Shown: piece after piece, positions 8,141 to 16,421 of the stretch
Layout: the number at the start of each line of letters is the position of its first letter
Numbering within the stretch: position 1 is the first letter of the stretch
Assembly (NCBI GenBank): GCA_043718025.1
Contig: JAYSWN010000164.1
Coordinates: 1 to 22,237, forward strand
Length of the DNA: 22,237 bases
Reading direction: 5' to 3'
Origin: Pseudomonadota bacterium
GTDB lineage: Bacteria > Bdellovibrionota > FAC87 > UBA2466
Program-made: the position numbers and the translations under genes
Notes under the pieces: model-generated
What the model saw: the letters and a program-made list of their open reading frames with translations, nothing else
The model's database searches: none
What the model was told of the DNA's origin: nothing

Positions 8141-8832
8141 TATGCTTCGCTCCCTTGTTGCAGACCAATGTTGCTCAACTTAACCACTTCAACCTGCTGC
8201 GCCTTATGAGGATGCTCTGCACCCGCGTAGACTTTCAGCTTTTTGTACCAAGTGCGGACCAATGGCCCCTTCGATTTTGGCAACATGCCCCAGACCGACC
8301 ATTCGATTAAACGCTCAGGATTGGTATCCCGAACTTCACCGGCCGTATAGCTTTTGATACCGCCTGGATAATTTGTATGGTGGTAATAGGTCTTGTCTTC
8401 CCACTTTTTACCGGTGAGCTTTACTTTCTCGGCGTTGATCACAACGACGAAGTCGCCGGTGTCAGTATGCGGAGTGTAGGCTGGTTTGTCCTTGCCCATC
8501 AACATGGTGGTCACCGCAGTACTCAGCCGGCCAAGAGGAATGCCCTCGGCGTCGACCAGCTTCCATTTAGCGACAACAGAACCAGTTTTTGCAAACGTGG
8601 TCTGTACCGCTAAAGGCGCCCGCTTACCGCCGGCGTGCAACACTCGCTTAATTTTTTTAGTTTTAGCCTCGATTTTTTCGGCTGCCCGAGCCGCGGCAAC
8701 GGCCGCCGTTACCATTTTGGGAGCCTTTTTCGGAGCCCTGTCTTGAACTTTGGAAACCTTAGTTTCCTTGGCTTCGGGGGCTGCTTTTTTCGAAACTTTC
8801 TTAACTTCTTTGTCTTCTTTTTTGTCTGGCAT
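8140..8832 (-). CDS. rplM: 50S ribosomal protein L13 with long N-terminal extension
   Basis: Core [60 protein letters not shown] overlap with rpsI. Confidence 0.97.
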   Translation of the reverse strand: MPDKKEDKEVKKVSKKAAPEAKETKVSKVQDRAPKKAPKMVTAAVAAARAAEKIEAKTKKIKRVLHAGGKRAPLAVQTTFAKTGSVVAKWKLVDAEGIPLGRLSTAVTTMLMGKDKPAYTPHTDTGDFVVVINAEKVKLTGKKWEDKTYYHHTNYPGGIKSYTAGEVRDTNPERLIEWSVWGMLPKSKGPLVRTWYKKLKVYAGAEHPHKAQQVEVVKLSNIGLQQGSEA

Positions 8833-8993
8833 TTGCTATTTAACCTTAATCGCTGTTGCTCGGGCCACACCGCTACTACTGCTGCTGGGCCACTTTCCAT
8901 CCACCTTACAACTTGGCAATCCACCCAAATTGGTCCCGGCTAGGTTAGGCCAAGCTTAGCCAAGCTCACCTGCCGTTTTGGTTTAAGAGGGAG

Positions 8994-9022
8994 TAACTAG
9001 CGGTTTCACAAGGTGAAGTCAA
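8994..9022 (-). promoter_or_regulatory. Putative sigma70 promoter of rplM-rpsI
   Basis: Minus strand TTGACT (9022-9017), 17-nt spacer, TAGTTA (8999-8994). Confidence 0.5.
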
Positions 9023-9052
9023 GGCCACGAAAGGCGTGCGTCAGGAGGGTGG

Positions 9053-9358
9053 TTAGGCGTTTCGGAAGAGGGCGCGAAACGCATTCTTGGCGGCTTCGGC
9101 TTCGGCGGAAGAGTCTGAAACCTCGGGTGTTTGGGAGGTTTCGGCCGGCTTGAATTCAAAGTACTGGCAGTCATTCTCAGTCGAACGGTCGGCGATCCAA
9201 GGGCTATGGCTTTCCAAACACTTAGAAGAGGAGGATTCAGAGTAATGAACGCAGTTTTTGCAGGCGTGAAGTTCGCTGGTGCAATGCGGGCACAGCCGAT
9301 TACGACGAACGACTTCAGCGGAAAGTTCCCCTTTGCAGTAGTGGCACCGGCTCGGCAT
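9053..9358 (-). CDS. Small Cys-rich (putative Zn-binding) hypothetical protein
   Basis: CHYC...CPHC...LHACKNCVHY...C...NDCQYF and a C-terminal AKNAFRALF. AAGGGA upstream. Confidence 0.75.
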   Translation of the reverse strand: MPSRCHYCKGELSAEVVRRNRLCPHCTSELHACKNCVHYSESSSSKCLESHSPWIADRSTENDCQYFEFKPAETSQTPEVSDSSAEAEAAKNAFRALFRNA

Positions 9359-9462
9359 CTTTGGCGTCCCTTCGGTTCATTGTTACTGCGGCTATTGAAT
9401 CACCAGCGTTCGGTTTTAATTTTACACCGTCTCTTGCTTTGACCACCAAAAAAAGAAAGCGA

Positions 9463-9492
9463 TTGGCGAACGTTAATTAAGGGGCCTATGAT
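9463..9492 (+). promoter_or_regulatory. Putative promoter of the thiolase-FadJ operon
   Basis: TTGGCG, 18-nt spacer, TATGAT. A strong SD (TAAGGAG) precedes ATG 9543. Confidence 0.35.
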
Positions 9493-9542
9493 GCCGCGGC
9501 CTATTAAAGCCAATTTTCGACGCAGATTTAAGGAGCATTTTT

Positions 9543-10856
9543 ATGAAGGCATGGGTAGCCAAAGAGCAGCGCGGCCGCGTAGCCATCTTAGGGGGCGTAC
9601 GGACCCCATTCGCTAAAGCAGGAACAAAACTTAAAGAAACTTCAGCAGTTAGCCTCGGCGTTTCGACGGCGCGCGAGGTGATCGCAAAATTGGAGATGCG
9701 TCCTGAAGAGGTCGACGAAGTGGTTTTTGGCAATGCTGGAACCCCGACCGATGCGGCGAATATTTCGCGCGTTATCAGTCTGCGCGCGGGCCTTTCCGAA
9801 AGCACCCCGGCCTACACTGTTCATCGTAATTGCGCCTCGGCAATGGAAGCTGTGGCTCAAGGCTGTTTAAAAATAGGCGCGGGCCTGGCCGACACCATGT
9901 TGGTGGGTGGTACCGAGAGCATGAGCAACATGCCACTCCTTTATGGTCACGAGATGACCGAACTATTCGGCACCCTAAATTTCGCTAAGAGTGGCACTGA
10001 GAAGCTGTCTAAGGTTTCTGAATTTCGTCCGAAGTGGCTGAAACCTAGGGTGGCGCTTATGGAGGGGCTGACCGACCCCATATCGGGTCTGAACATGGGG
10101 CAAACCGCCGAGATTTTGGCCCGCGACTTTTTGATTACCCGCAAAATGCAGGATGAATATGCGGTAAGAAGCCACCAAAGGGCGGTTGCGGCAACCAAAG
10201 AGGGGAAACGAACCGACGAGATCGTGCCGCTAGCGGTTGAGCCGGCGTACCGAGACTTTCTGCTGGAGGATATTGGACCGCGCGATGGCCAAACGATGGA
10301 AGCCCTGGGAAAACTGAAGCCCTTCTTCGATCGTGAAAATGGAACGGTCACTCCCGGCAATGCTTGCCCCATCACCGATGGTGCGGTGTCTCTCATGTTA
10401 TCCAGCGAAGCCAAGGCAAAAGCCGATGGCCGCACGCCGATGGGGTACATTACGGCGTTTACGTTTTCGGGTTGTGAGCCCAAGCGGATGGGCATGGGGC
10501 CGATTGTTTCGAGTAGTGCGGTGCTGGCGGCAATGGGAATGGACTTCAAAGAGATCGAATTGGTGGAGTTGAATGAAGCTTTTTCCGTGCAAGTGATCGC
10601 CAACCAGATGGCTTGGAACTCTAAACAGTACGCGGCAGATAAATTGGGCCGCACGTCCGCCTTGGGTGAATTGCCCGAGAGCATCTTGAATGTGAACGGC
10701 GGCGCGGTGGCCTTAGGCCATCCGGTTGGGGCCACGGGAGGCCGCCTCATTCTCACCCTGCTTTTGGAGATGCAGCGGCGGAACTTGCACCGTGGTTTGG
10801 CCACGTTGTGCATTGGCGGTGGACAGGGCGCCGCTTTTTTAATTGAGCGTGCATAA
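9543..10856 (+). CDS. fadI: 3-ketoacyl-CoA thiolase (FadI/FadA type)
   Basis: Catalytic NCASA, NEAF, GHPVGATG and CIGGGQG. Adjacent to a FadJ-type gene. Confidence 0.92.
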   Translation: MKAWVAKEQRGRVAILGGVRTPFAKAGTKLKETSAVSLGVSTAREVIAKLEMRPEEVDEVVFGNAGTPTDAANISRVISLRAGLSESTPAYTVHRNCASAMEAVAQGCLKIGAGLADTMLVGGTESMSNMPLLYGHEMTELFGTLNFAKSGTEKLSKVSEFRPKWLKPRVALMEGLTDPISGLNMGQTAEILARDFLITRKMQDEYAVRSHQRAVAATKEGKRTDEIVPLAVEPAYRDFLLEDIGPRDGQTMEALGKLKPFFDRENGTVTPGNACPITDGAVSLMLSSEAKAKADGRTPMGYITAFTFSGCEPKRMGMGPIVSSSAVLAAMGMDFKEIELVELNEAFSVQVIANQMAWNSKQYAADKLGRTSALGELPESILNVNGGAVALGHPVGATGGRLILTLLLEMQRRNLHRGLATLCIGGGQGAAFLIERA

Positions 10857-10877
10857 GTAAATTTTTTTGAGGGATGT

Positions 10878-13106
10878 ATGGAAATGAACCGCGAGACCTT
10901 TCGTGAAGAGGTTAAAAAATTTAAATCCTCGTTTCAGGCGCAGGCGGGAACCGACGCTTTTGATTCGGCGGAAAAATCGATTCGACTTGAGAAACGCGGC
11001 CCGGTGGCCGTCATTGTTTTGGATCAGTTTCAGGAAAAGGCGAATAAGCTAAGCACTCCCAACATGCTGCGCCTCTTTGATCTCTTTACCGAAATCGAAA
11101 AAGACGCGTCTCTAGGGGCAATCGTCTTTATCAGTCGTAAGCCGACCATCTTTATTGCCGGTGCCGACATTGCCGAAATTAAGCGGTTGAGTTCTGGTTT
11201 GGGAACAGCGGACGACCTAATGAAGTTGCAGTCGGTGTTCACCTATTTAGAAAAGATGGATCTTCCTTCAATCGCGGCGATTCATGGCGCCTGTATGGGC
11301 GGCGGAACCGAACTGTCATTGGCTTGCGACTACCGCATGGTAACCGATGGCCCCGAAACAAAAATTGCCCTACCTGAAGTCCTGCTCGGAGTCATTCCGG
11401 GTTGGGGCGGAACGCAGCGCATGCCAAGGCTGCTTGGTTTAGAGAACTCTCTTGATCTGGTCCTTTCCGGCAGGGCCGTCGACGGAAAAAAAGCCAAGAA
11501 AATGGGGCTCGCCGACAAAGTGGTTTCGAAAGAGTGGCTTGAAGAAAAAGCCATCGTTTGGGCCACTGAATTGGCCGCGTCCAAAAAGAAGCGTAAATTC
11601 GAACACGATATTAAAGACCGGTTGTTGGAGGCCGTGCCCGGCGGAAAATGGATTATTTTCGATCAAGCTAAGAAAAAGCTGATGGAAAAAACCAAAGGAA
11701 ATTACCCGGCTCCCTTAAAGGCCCTTGAAGTCATCAAAAAAACATACGGCGGAAACCTGGAGTCCGGTCTGGCCGTCGAGGCGAAAGCATTCTCAGAATT
11801 GGTCGTCGGTGAAGCCTCTAAAAACTTAATCAACGTTTACTACCTAAATGAGGCGGTAAAAAAGGATAAAGGCACCGAGAAAAGGACCAAGGGCGCCGAG
11901 GTAAATCACAGCGCCGTCATTGGCGCGGGGGTTATGGGCGGGGGAATCGCGCAACTTTTTTCGCAAAAGGGGACGCGCGTGCGGATGAAAGATGTGCAAT
12001 GGGATGCCGTAGCTAAAGGCTACCAGGCGGCGTTCAAGATTTTTAAAAAGCAAGTAGAACGCCGAAAAATAAAACAATCTGACCTCGACAACGCGATGGC
12101 GCGAATCGAAGGCACCCTGCAGTACAGCGGCCTGAAAAATTGCGATCTCGTGGTCGAGGCCGTGGTGGAAGACATGAACATCAAGAAATCGGTGTTTAAA
12201 GAGCTAGAAAATGCCTGCAATCCGAAAACGATTTTGGCCACCAACACTTCGAGCTTGTCGGTAGATGAATTGGCGTCGGCGCTTAAGGACCCATCGCGAG
12301 TGGTGGGCATGCACTTTTTTAATCCCGTCGACAAAATGCCATTAGTCGAGGTGGTTCGCGGCAAGAAGACTTCGGACGAAGCGGTGGCAACCGTTTTTCA
12401 GTACGCGAAAAAACTGGGCAAGACTCCGATTGTCGTGAAAGACGCCCCCGGCTTTGCGGTAAATCGCATTCTTGGGCCGTACATGAACGAAGCGGCCTAT
12501 TTGCTGGTGGAAGGGGCGGGAGCTGAGCGGATTGATTCCGTAATGGAAAACTTTGGCATGCCCATGGGGCCCATGGCCCTCTTGGATGAAGTGGGGTTGG
12601 ACGTCGCCGGCAAAGTTTCCAAAATTCTGTTTGGGGCGTTTGGTGAGCGAATGAAATCACCGGCCCTTTTTGAATCGTTTACGGCCGAGAAACGGTTTGG
12701 AAAAAAGGTGGGTAAGGGAATCTACCTTTACGAAAACGGCGGTAAGAAAAAAACGCTCGACTCCGGGTTTCTGCACAAGCTTGGCGTGAAAGAGGGATCG
12801 TCTTCGATTACCGATGACGAGATCGTAAAGCGTCTTGTGTACCTTATGATCAACGAAGGGGCGCGGGTTTGGGAAGAGGGGTTAGTGCGCACCGTCGGCG
12901 ATATTGATGTAGGCATGATCTTCGGCACCGGTTTCGCGCCGTTTCGCGGTGGACTGTTGCGATACGCCGATACCGTGGGCGCCGATCACATTGTTTCGGA
13001 TCTGGAGCTTTTTGCCCGTAAGTATGGGCCTAGGTTTCAGCCGGCCCAATTTCTTCAACAGCTTGCAGTTAGCGGGAAAAAGTTTTACGGAGATCAAGAT
13101 AGATAA
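10878..13106 (+). CDS. fadJ: Fatty-acid oxidation complex alpha subunit (enoyl-CoA hydratase / 3-hydroxyacyl-CoA dehydrogenase)
   Basis: Crotonase motifs FIAGADI, GGGTELSLACDYR, LPEV.LG.IPGWGGTQR. HAD motifs GAGVMGGGIA, EAVVE, TNTSSL, GMHFFNP. C-terminal GTGFAPFRGG. Confidence 0.92.
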   Translation: MEMNRETFREEVKKFKSSFQAQAGTDAFDSAEKSIRLEKRGPVAVIVLDQFQEKANKLSTPNMLRLFDLFTEIEKDASLGAIVFISRKPTIFIAGADIAEIKRLSSGLGTADDLMKLQSVFTYLEKMDLPSIAAIHGACMGGGTELSLACDYRMVTDGPETKIALPEVLLGVIPGWGGTQRMPRLLGLENSLDLVLSGRAVDGKKAKKMGLADKVVSKEWLEEKAIVWATELAASKKKRKFEHDIKDRLLEAVPGGKWIIFDQAKKKLMEKTKGNYPAPLKALEVIKKTYGGNLESGLAVEAKAFSELVVGEASKNLINVYYLNEAVKKDKGTEKRTKGAEVNHSAVIGAGVMGGGIAQLFSQKGTRVRMKDVQWDAVAKGYQAAFKIFKKQVERRKIKQSDLDNAMARIEGTLQYSGLKNCDLVVEAVVEDMNIKKSVFKELENACNPKTILATNTSSLSVDELASALKDPSRVVGMHFFNPVDKMPLVEVVRGKKTSDEAVATVFQYAKKLGKTPIVVKDAPGFAVNRILGPYMNEAAYLLVEGAGAERIDSVMENFGMPMGPMALLDEVGLDVAGKVSKILFGAFGERMKSPALFESFTAEKRFGKKVGKGIYLYENGGKKKTLDSGFLHKLGVKEGSSSITDDEIVKRLVYLMINEGARVWEEGLVRTVGDIDVGMIFGTGFAPFRGGLLRYADTVGADHIVSDLELFARKYGPRFQPAQFLQQLAVSGKKFYGDQDR

Positions 13107-13129
13107 ATAAATCAGGGTGGGGGGGGACG

Positions 13130-14095
13130 ATGAAGTTTATCGTTCGAGTTCTGATCTTAGGCAGCCTTTTCGGCGGGGGCTTATTACCGGCGGCGCCAGA
13201 CGCTGCAGTGTTCAATTCTCTTTTTTTGCAGGGCCTGTTGAGGCTCGACGAGCGGGTGGCTCGACCCAAGGCAGACCCGGCTGACTTCGAATACGTACTG
13301 GTGGGTGGCATTACCTCTGATTACCTGATGCACGTTGGCTATTACGAAGCCTTCGTTAAAGAGCTGGTGCTTCAAGGGGTCCCCCGGGCTCAGATTCATT
13401 TAATCTTTCCTCCCTCAAACAAAACCGTGGCAGTCAACGCGGTTGGTTTTCTTCAACCCCAACTGACCGCCATTGCCAATGGCAGCTTGCGACCGCTGGT
13501 ACTTGTTGGTCACAGCAAGGGGGCGGTGGAGCTGGTGCAGTGGTTTGTAAACGGAACCGAACTCTCTTCACGAATTGAAGCCTTTTTTAGTCTTCAGGGC
13601 GCTTTTGGCGGCAGCCAGATTGCCGATATGCTTTCTGGCGACCAGCGAACGTTGGTACGCATCAACGGCGGGATGGTAAGCCGTTTAGGGCTTGGCCTTC
13701 TGCAGTTTCTTAATCGAATGTTTCATAAGGCCATCGTTGGCGTTGAAGATCTAACGACGTTGAAGTCGCAACATCGGTTACAGGACTGGCGTGAAAACTT
13801 TGCCGCTAAGCTAAATGAGCTCGCCGCCAAGAGCATCTTTGTGCGCACTCAGAGTGAGCCGCATCTGATGGACGTGCGTACGCGAGTTGGCGCGCATTAT
13901 TTATTGAATGTGGGCGTTTTAGAAAATGACGGCGCGTTGTCATTCGAACACCAGCACGTGCCCGGCATGAACGCTCCCCTAATTTCAGTATTGGGCGTGG
14001 ATCACGGCCTTCCCTGCGGAAACCTCTTGGCGCGACGCCATCGCTACCGCGCCATTGCATTTATTCGGGCGCTACTTCATTCACTGGGGCGTTAA
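13130..14095 (+). CDS. Secreted alpha/beta hydrolase (lipase/esterase)
   Basis: Signal peptide, nucleophile elbow GHSKG, GAFGGS, and candidate Asp (NDGA) and His (VDHG). Confidence 0.75.
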   Translation: MKFIVRVLILGSLFGGGLLPAAPDAAVFNSLFLQGLLRLDERVARPKADPADFEYVLVGGITSDYLMHVGYYEAFVKELVLQGVPRAQIHLIFPPSNKTVAVNAVGFLQPQLTAIANGSLRPLVLVGHSKGAVELVQWFVNGTELSSRIEAFFSLQGAFGGSQIADMLSGDQRTLVRINGGMVSRLGLGLLQFLNRMFHKAIVGVEDLTTLKSQHRLQDWRENFAAKLNELAAKSIFVRTQSEPHLMDVRTRVGAHYLLNVGVLENDGALSFEHQHVPGMNAPLISVLGVDHGLPCGNLLARRHRYRAIAFIRALLHSLGR

Positions 14096-14174
14096 ATTAA
14101 GGCATGGCGCGCCGCATGTTACCGTGCTTACCTTCGCCCGTTACACTTACCCCTCCACAACAATATGGGGTCAT

Positions 14175-14669
14175 ATGAAAATTGCATTATTGGTTATTTT
14201 GACGACGATGGGCGCAGCTAACCTTAACGCCGCGACAAGTGGCTTAAAGAGTAATTGCCGTCCGATACGGGGATTTGTATCGGTGGAGTTTACTAGTGAA
14301 AATTGCACGAGCCCAGTGGGACTGTGCACCAAAGGCAAACTCTGGGGCGACCCGCTGTTTCAAGGCGAGACCAGCTACGTGGTTGAAAAAGTGGCCGGAA
14401 GCTCAGAGGACCCGACCACTAAAAACTCATTAACCTATTCGGGAACAATGAAAATTAATACCCGCCTGGGTGAGGTGACGGTTACTGACTTAGGACTAAT
14501 GGATAACAATAATAAACTTATCAGTTCGCAGAGCCGAACTCTTTCCGGAATCGGAAAGATGAAAGGGCTAAGCGGCGCTTTTTTCACCATTGGCAAGGCG
14601 AATGAAAAAGGGTTTGCCTCTGAGGTACACGGAATTGCCTGTTTCGAACGTACCGCCTTGCTTCCGTAA
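14175..14669 (+). CDS. Secreted beta-rich hypothetical protein
   Basis: Start reassigned to ATG 14175 (MKIALLVILTTMGAANLNA signal peptide, GGGG upstream). Four Cys including CTSPVGLC, and alternating beta-strand patterns. Confidence 0.7.
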   Translation: MKIALLVILTTMGAANLNAATSGLKSNCRPIRGFVSVEFTSENCTSPVGLCTKGKLWGDPLFQGETSYVVEKVAGSSEDPTTKNSLTYSGTMKINTRLGEVTVTDLGLMDNNNKLISSQSRTLSGIGKMKGLSGAFFTIGKANEKGFASEVHGIACFERTALLP

Positions 14670-14687
14670 ACTAAGGGATTTCGAAAA

Positions 14688-14951
14688 TTACTGATCAGCC
14701 GCAGCCGATTTTTCGGCGGCGGCTTTTTTCATTTTTGGGATCTTCTTGCTGCCGCGGCCTTCGGGTTTCAACATAAATTTATCATTGTGTTCAGCATGCT
14801 CGTGCCCTTCACTAAGAGGATCGCCTACTTGCTTGGCGGTTTTGCTTTGCTTGTGCTCACAGTCTTTGTTGCCGCAGTCGCCGTGGGGACAGGCTAATGC
14901 CAAATTGGCGGCGAAGATAAAGGTAGCAAATAGAACAAGCGGCAGTTTCAT
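14688..14951 (-). CDS. Small secreted Cys/His-rich protein (87 aa)
   Basis: GGAG 5 nt before ATG 14951. Signal peptide MKLPLVLFATFIFAANLALA, then CPHGDCGNKDCEH...HEHAEH. Confidence 0.7.
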   Translation of the reverse strand: MKLPLVLFATFIFAANLALACPHGDCGNKDCEHKQSKTAKQVGDPLSEGHEHAEHNDKFMLKPEGRGSKKIPKMKKAAAEKSAAADQ

Positions 14952-15018
14952 TTTGACTCCTGCTCCCACCTTAGCGAAAGCCGTTTGGCTTTTCAAAAAA
15001 GTTTTTTCGGTTGAGTGG

Positions 15019-15063
15019 CCGAGGATCCAAGCCTTGGCGAGGGGGCCTGACTTGGATCCTCGG
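15019..15063. repeat. Perfect 13-bp inverted repeat (intergenic hairpin)
   Basis: CCGAGGATCCAAG (15019-15031) and CTTGGATCCTCGG (15051-15063), 19-nt loop. Confidence 0.8.
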
Positions 15064-15081
15064 GGGGATATTTATTAGCCG

Positions 15082-15522
15082 CTATTTGGGGTCTAACGGC
15101 AGATACATTCGTTGTCGCCTTTTGCCGTGGTTGGGGCGCAGGATTTCGATCTTTTCGCTACCTGGGTTGGCGACGGCGCGAAAGAGTTCGCCTGTGCCGT
15201 CAGCGGTGGCCATTGATGTATCGCCCACGCGGGCGATCACGTCTCCTTTCTCCAAGCCAATTCGGCTCCAGGCGGTGCCGGGGTCGATGTCTTGCACCAG
15301 TAACCCCTCACGCTTGATGTCATTGGGGTAGGAGACCAAGCGCGCCTGCGTGGCTAACTCTGAGACGTTTGTATCCGGAGTTAAAGTAGCGGTGCCTTTT
15401 TTTACGTCAGTAACGGGTGTTTCTGTCACTTTAGTTTCTGCTTTTGGGTTGGGCGAAGTCGTACACCCCATGACGACCACGGCGGCGGTAACCAACGCGG
15501 TGAGAAGCGATGAGTTTTTCAT
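15082..15522 (-). CDS. Lipoprotein with a single PDZ domain
   Basis: Lipobox-like VVMG|C, Thr/Pro-rich linker and PDZ pattern GLLVQDIDPGT...IGLEKGDVIARVG. Confidence 0.75.
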   Translation of the reverse strand: MKNSSLLTALVTAAVVVMGCTTSPNPKAETKVTETPVTDVKKGTATLTPDTNVSELATQARLVSYPNDIKREGLLVQDIDPGTAWSRIGLEKGDVIARVGDTSMATADGTGELFRAVANPGSEKIEILRPNHGKRRQRMYLPLDPK

Positions 15523-15654
15523 AAGAACCTTTCGGGTTAAGAGGAATCGGTTGTGAGTAAGGACGAAGCACCCTCAAATTAGTGATGAATCAAAAGTTGC
15601 GGAAAAAATGCGATACAATAACCGCTGATTCATTCACTTACACAAAGGACGACA

Positions 15655-15774
15655 ATGAAACGCACCCTGTTTTTCGCAATTTTGGTGGCTTTCGGGTTGG
15701 TATTGACCTCATTCATTATTCAAGCCTGCGGCAGTAACTTACCGTTGGTGACTTTGAAAGGGGCCGGAGTATGA
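15655..15774 (+). CDS. Mini-lipoprotein (39 aa; absent from the ORF track)
   Basis: AAGGA SD at 15645-15649. Translates as MKRTLFFAILVAFGLVLTSFIIQA|CGSNLPLVTLKGAGV*. The stop overlaps the next start (ATGA, 15771-15774). Confidence 0.7.
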   Translation: MKRTLFFAILVAFGLVLTSFIIQACGSNLPLVTLKGAGV

Positions 15775-16397
15775 AGCGGCTACTCTTTGTTTTTGGCATG
15801 CTAACCGCGGTGTCTCCCGCTTTTTCAGTCGGCACGGTTAATGCGGGTACGATGAAATTTAAAGTCTACAAATTCGCCGTTTCGGCCAGCGTTGCCTGCA
15901 CTTCTCCGATCGAGATTTTTAGCGATGCGGCGGGTGTGGAGCAAGACATGGTCACCGGACCTACGTTTGGTTCGGGACGGTTGGCGGCCGGAAGTTATCC
16001 TTGCGTCATGGTGGAAATGTCGAAGGTCATTCAAACCAGCGCCGCAACTACCAGCGCGGGTTGCTCGGCGGGTGTAACGTTTAACGACGTGATCTGTCAG
16101 GACACCACGCAGCTGTCGCAGACTATCGCCGGGGTTGGTTTGACGTGCTCGGGCGGAGTCGCCAACGATCAACACGTAACCCTTTTCATTACGACGATAT
16201 CGGCGGGCACGAGCGGCGCACGCGCGTTGCTTCCTCCGACTTCGGAGACCGACACCACGTCCGGTTTGAAACTGACCACGCCGTTCGTAGTCACCGCGGC
16301 GGGTAAAACGGGAACCTTAACCGTAACCACCACTAACTTTCTTACCCCCGGGGTAGCGACGTGTTCTACTAATGCGCCGACGTTTTCGTTTCTGTAG
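15771..16397 (+). CDS. Secreted Thr/Ser/Cys-rich beta-type hypothetical protein
   Basis: GGAG upstream, signal peptide MKRLLFVFGMLTAVSPAFS, six Cys, strand-rich. Followed by a terminator. Confidence 0.8.
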   Translation: MKRLLFVFGMLTAVSPAFSVGTVNAGTMKFKVYKFAVSASVACTSPIEIFSDAAGVEQDMVTGPTFGSGRLAAGSYPCVMVEMSKVIQTSAATTSAGCSAGVTFNDVICQDTTQLSQTIAGVGLTCSGGVANDQHVTLFITTISAGTSGARALLPPTSETDTTSGLKLTTPFVVTAAGKTGTLTVTTTNFLTPGVATCSTNAPTFSFL

Positions 16398-16421
16398 TTG
16401 TTATATTACGTAGTGATAAAT

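Noticed and set aside
9947..10813. 288-aa antisense ORF inside the thiolase gene
   Set aside because: It lies wholly within a conserved gene and has no recognisable motifs. Likely a shadow ORF from codon bias.
14055..14174. Upstream start for the 204-aa ORF
   Set aside because: It overlaps the lipase gene, and the signal peptide begins at ATG 14175.
15019..15063. Resemblance of the minus-strand hairpin (GTCAGG...GCCAAGGC) to SRP 4.5S RNA
   Set aside because: The GNRA tetraloop and AGCAG of the conserved SRP domain are missing, and the element is too short.
15655..16397. Frameshifted single lipoprotein (pseudogene) interpretation
   Set aside because: The downstream ORF has its own SD and complete signal peptide, and the junction is a standard ATGA coupling. 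Not fully excluded without read data.
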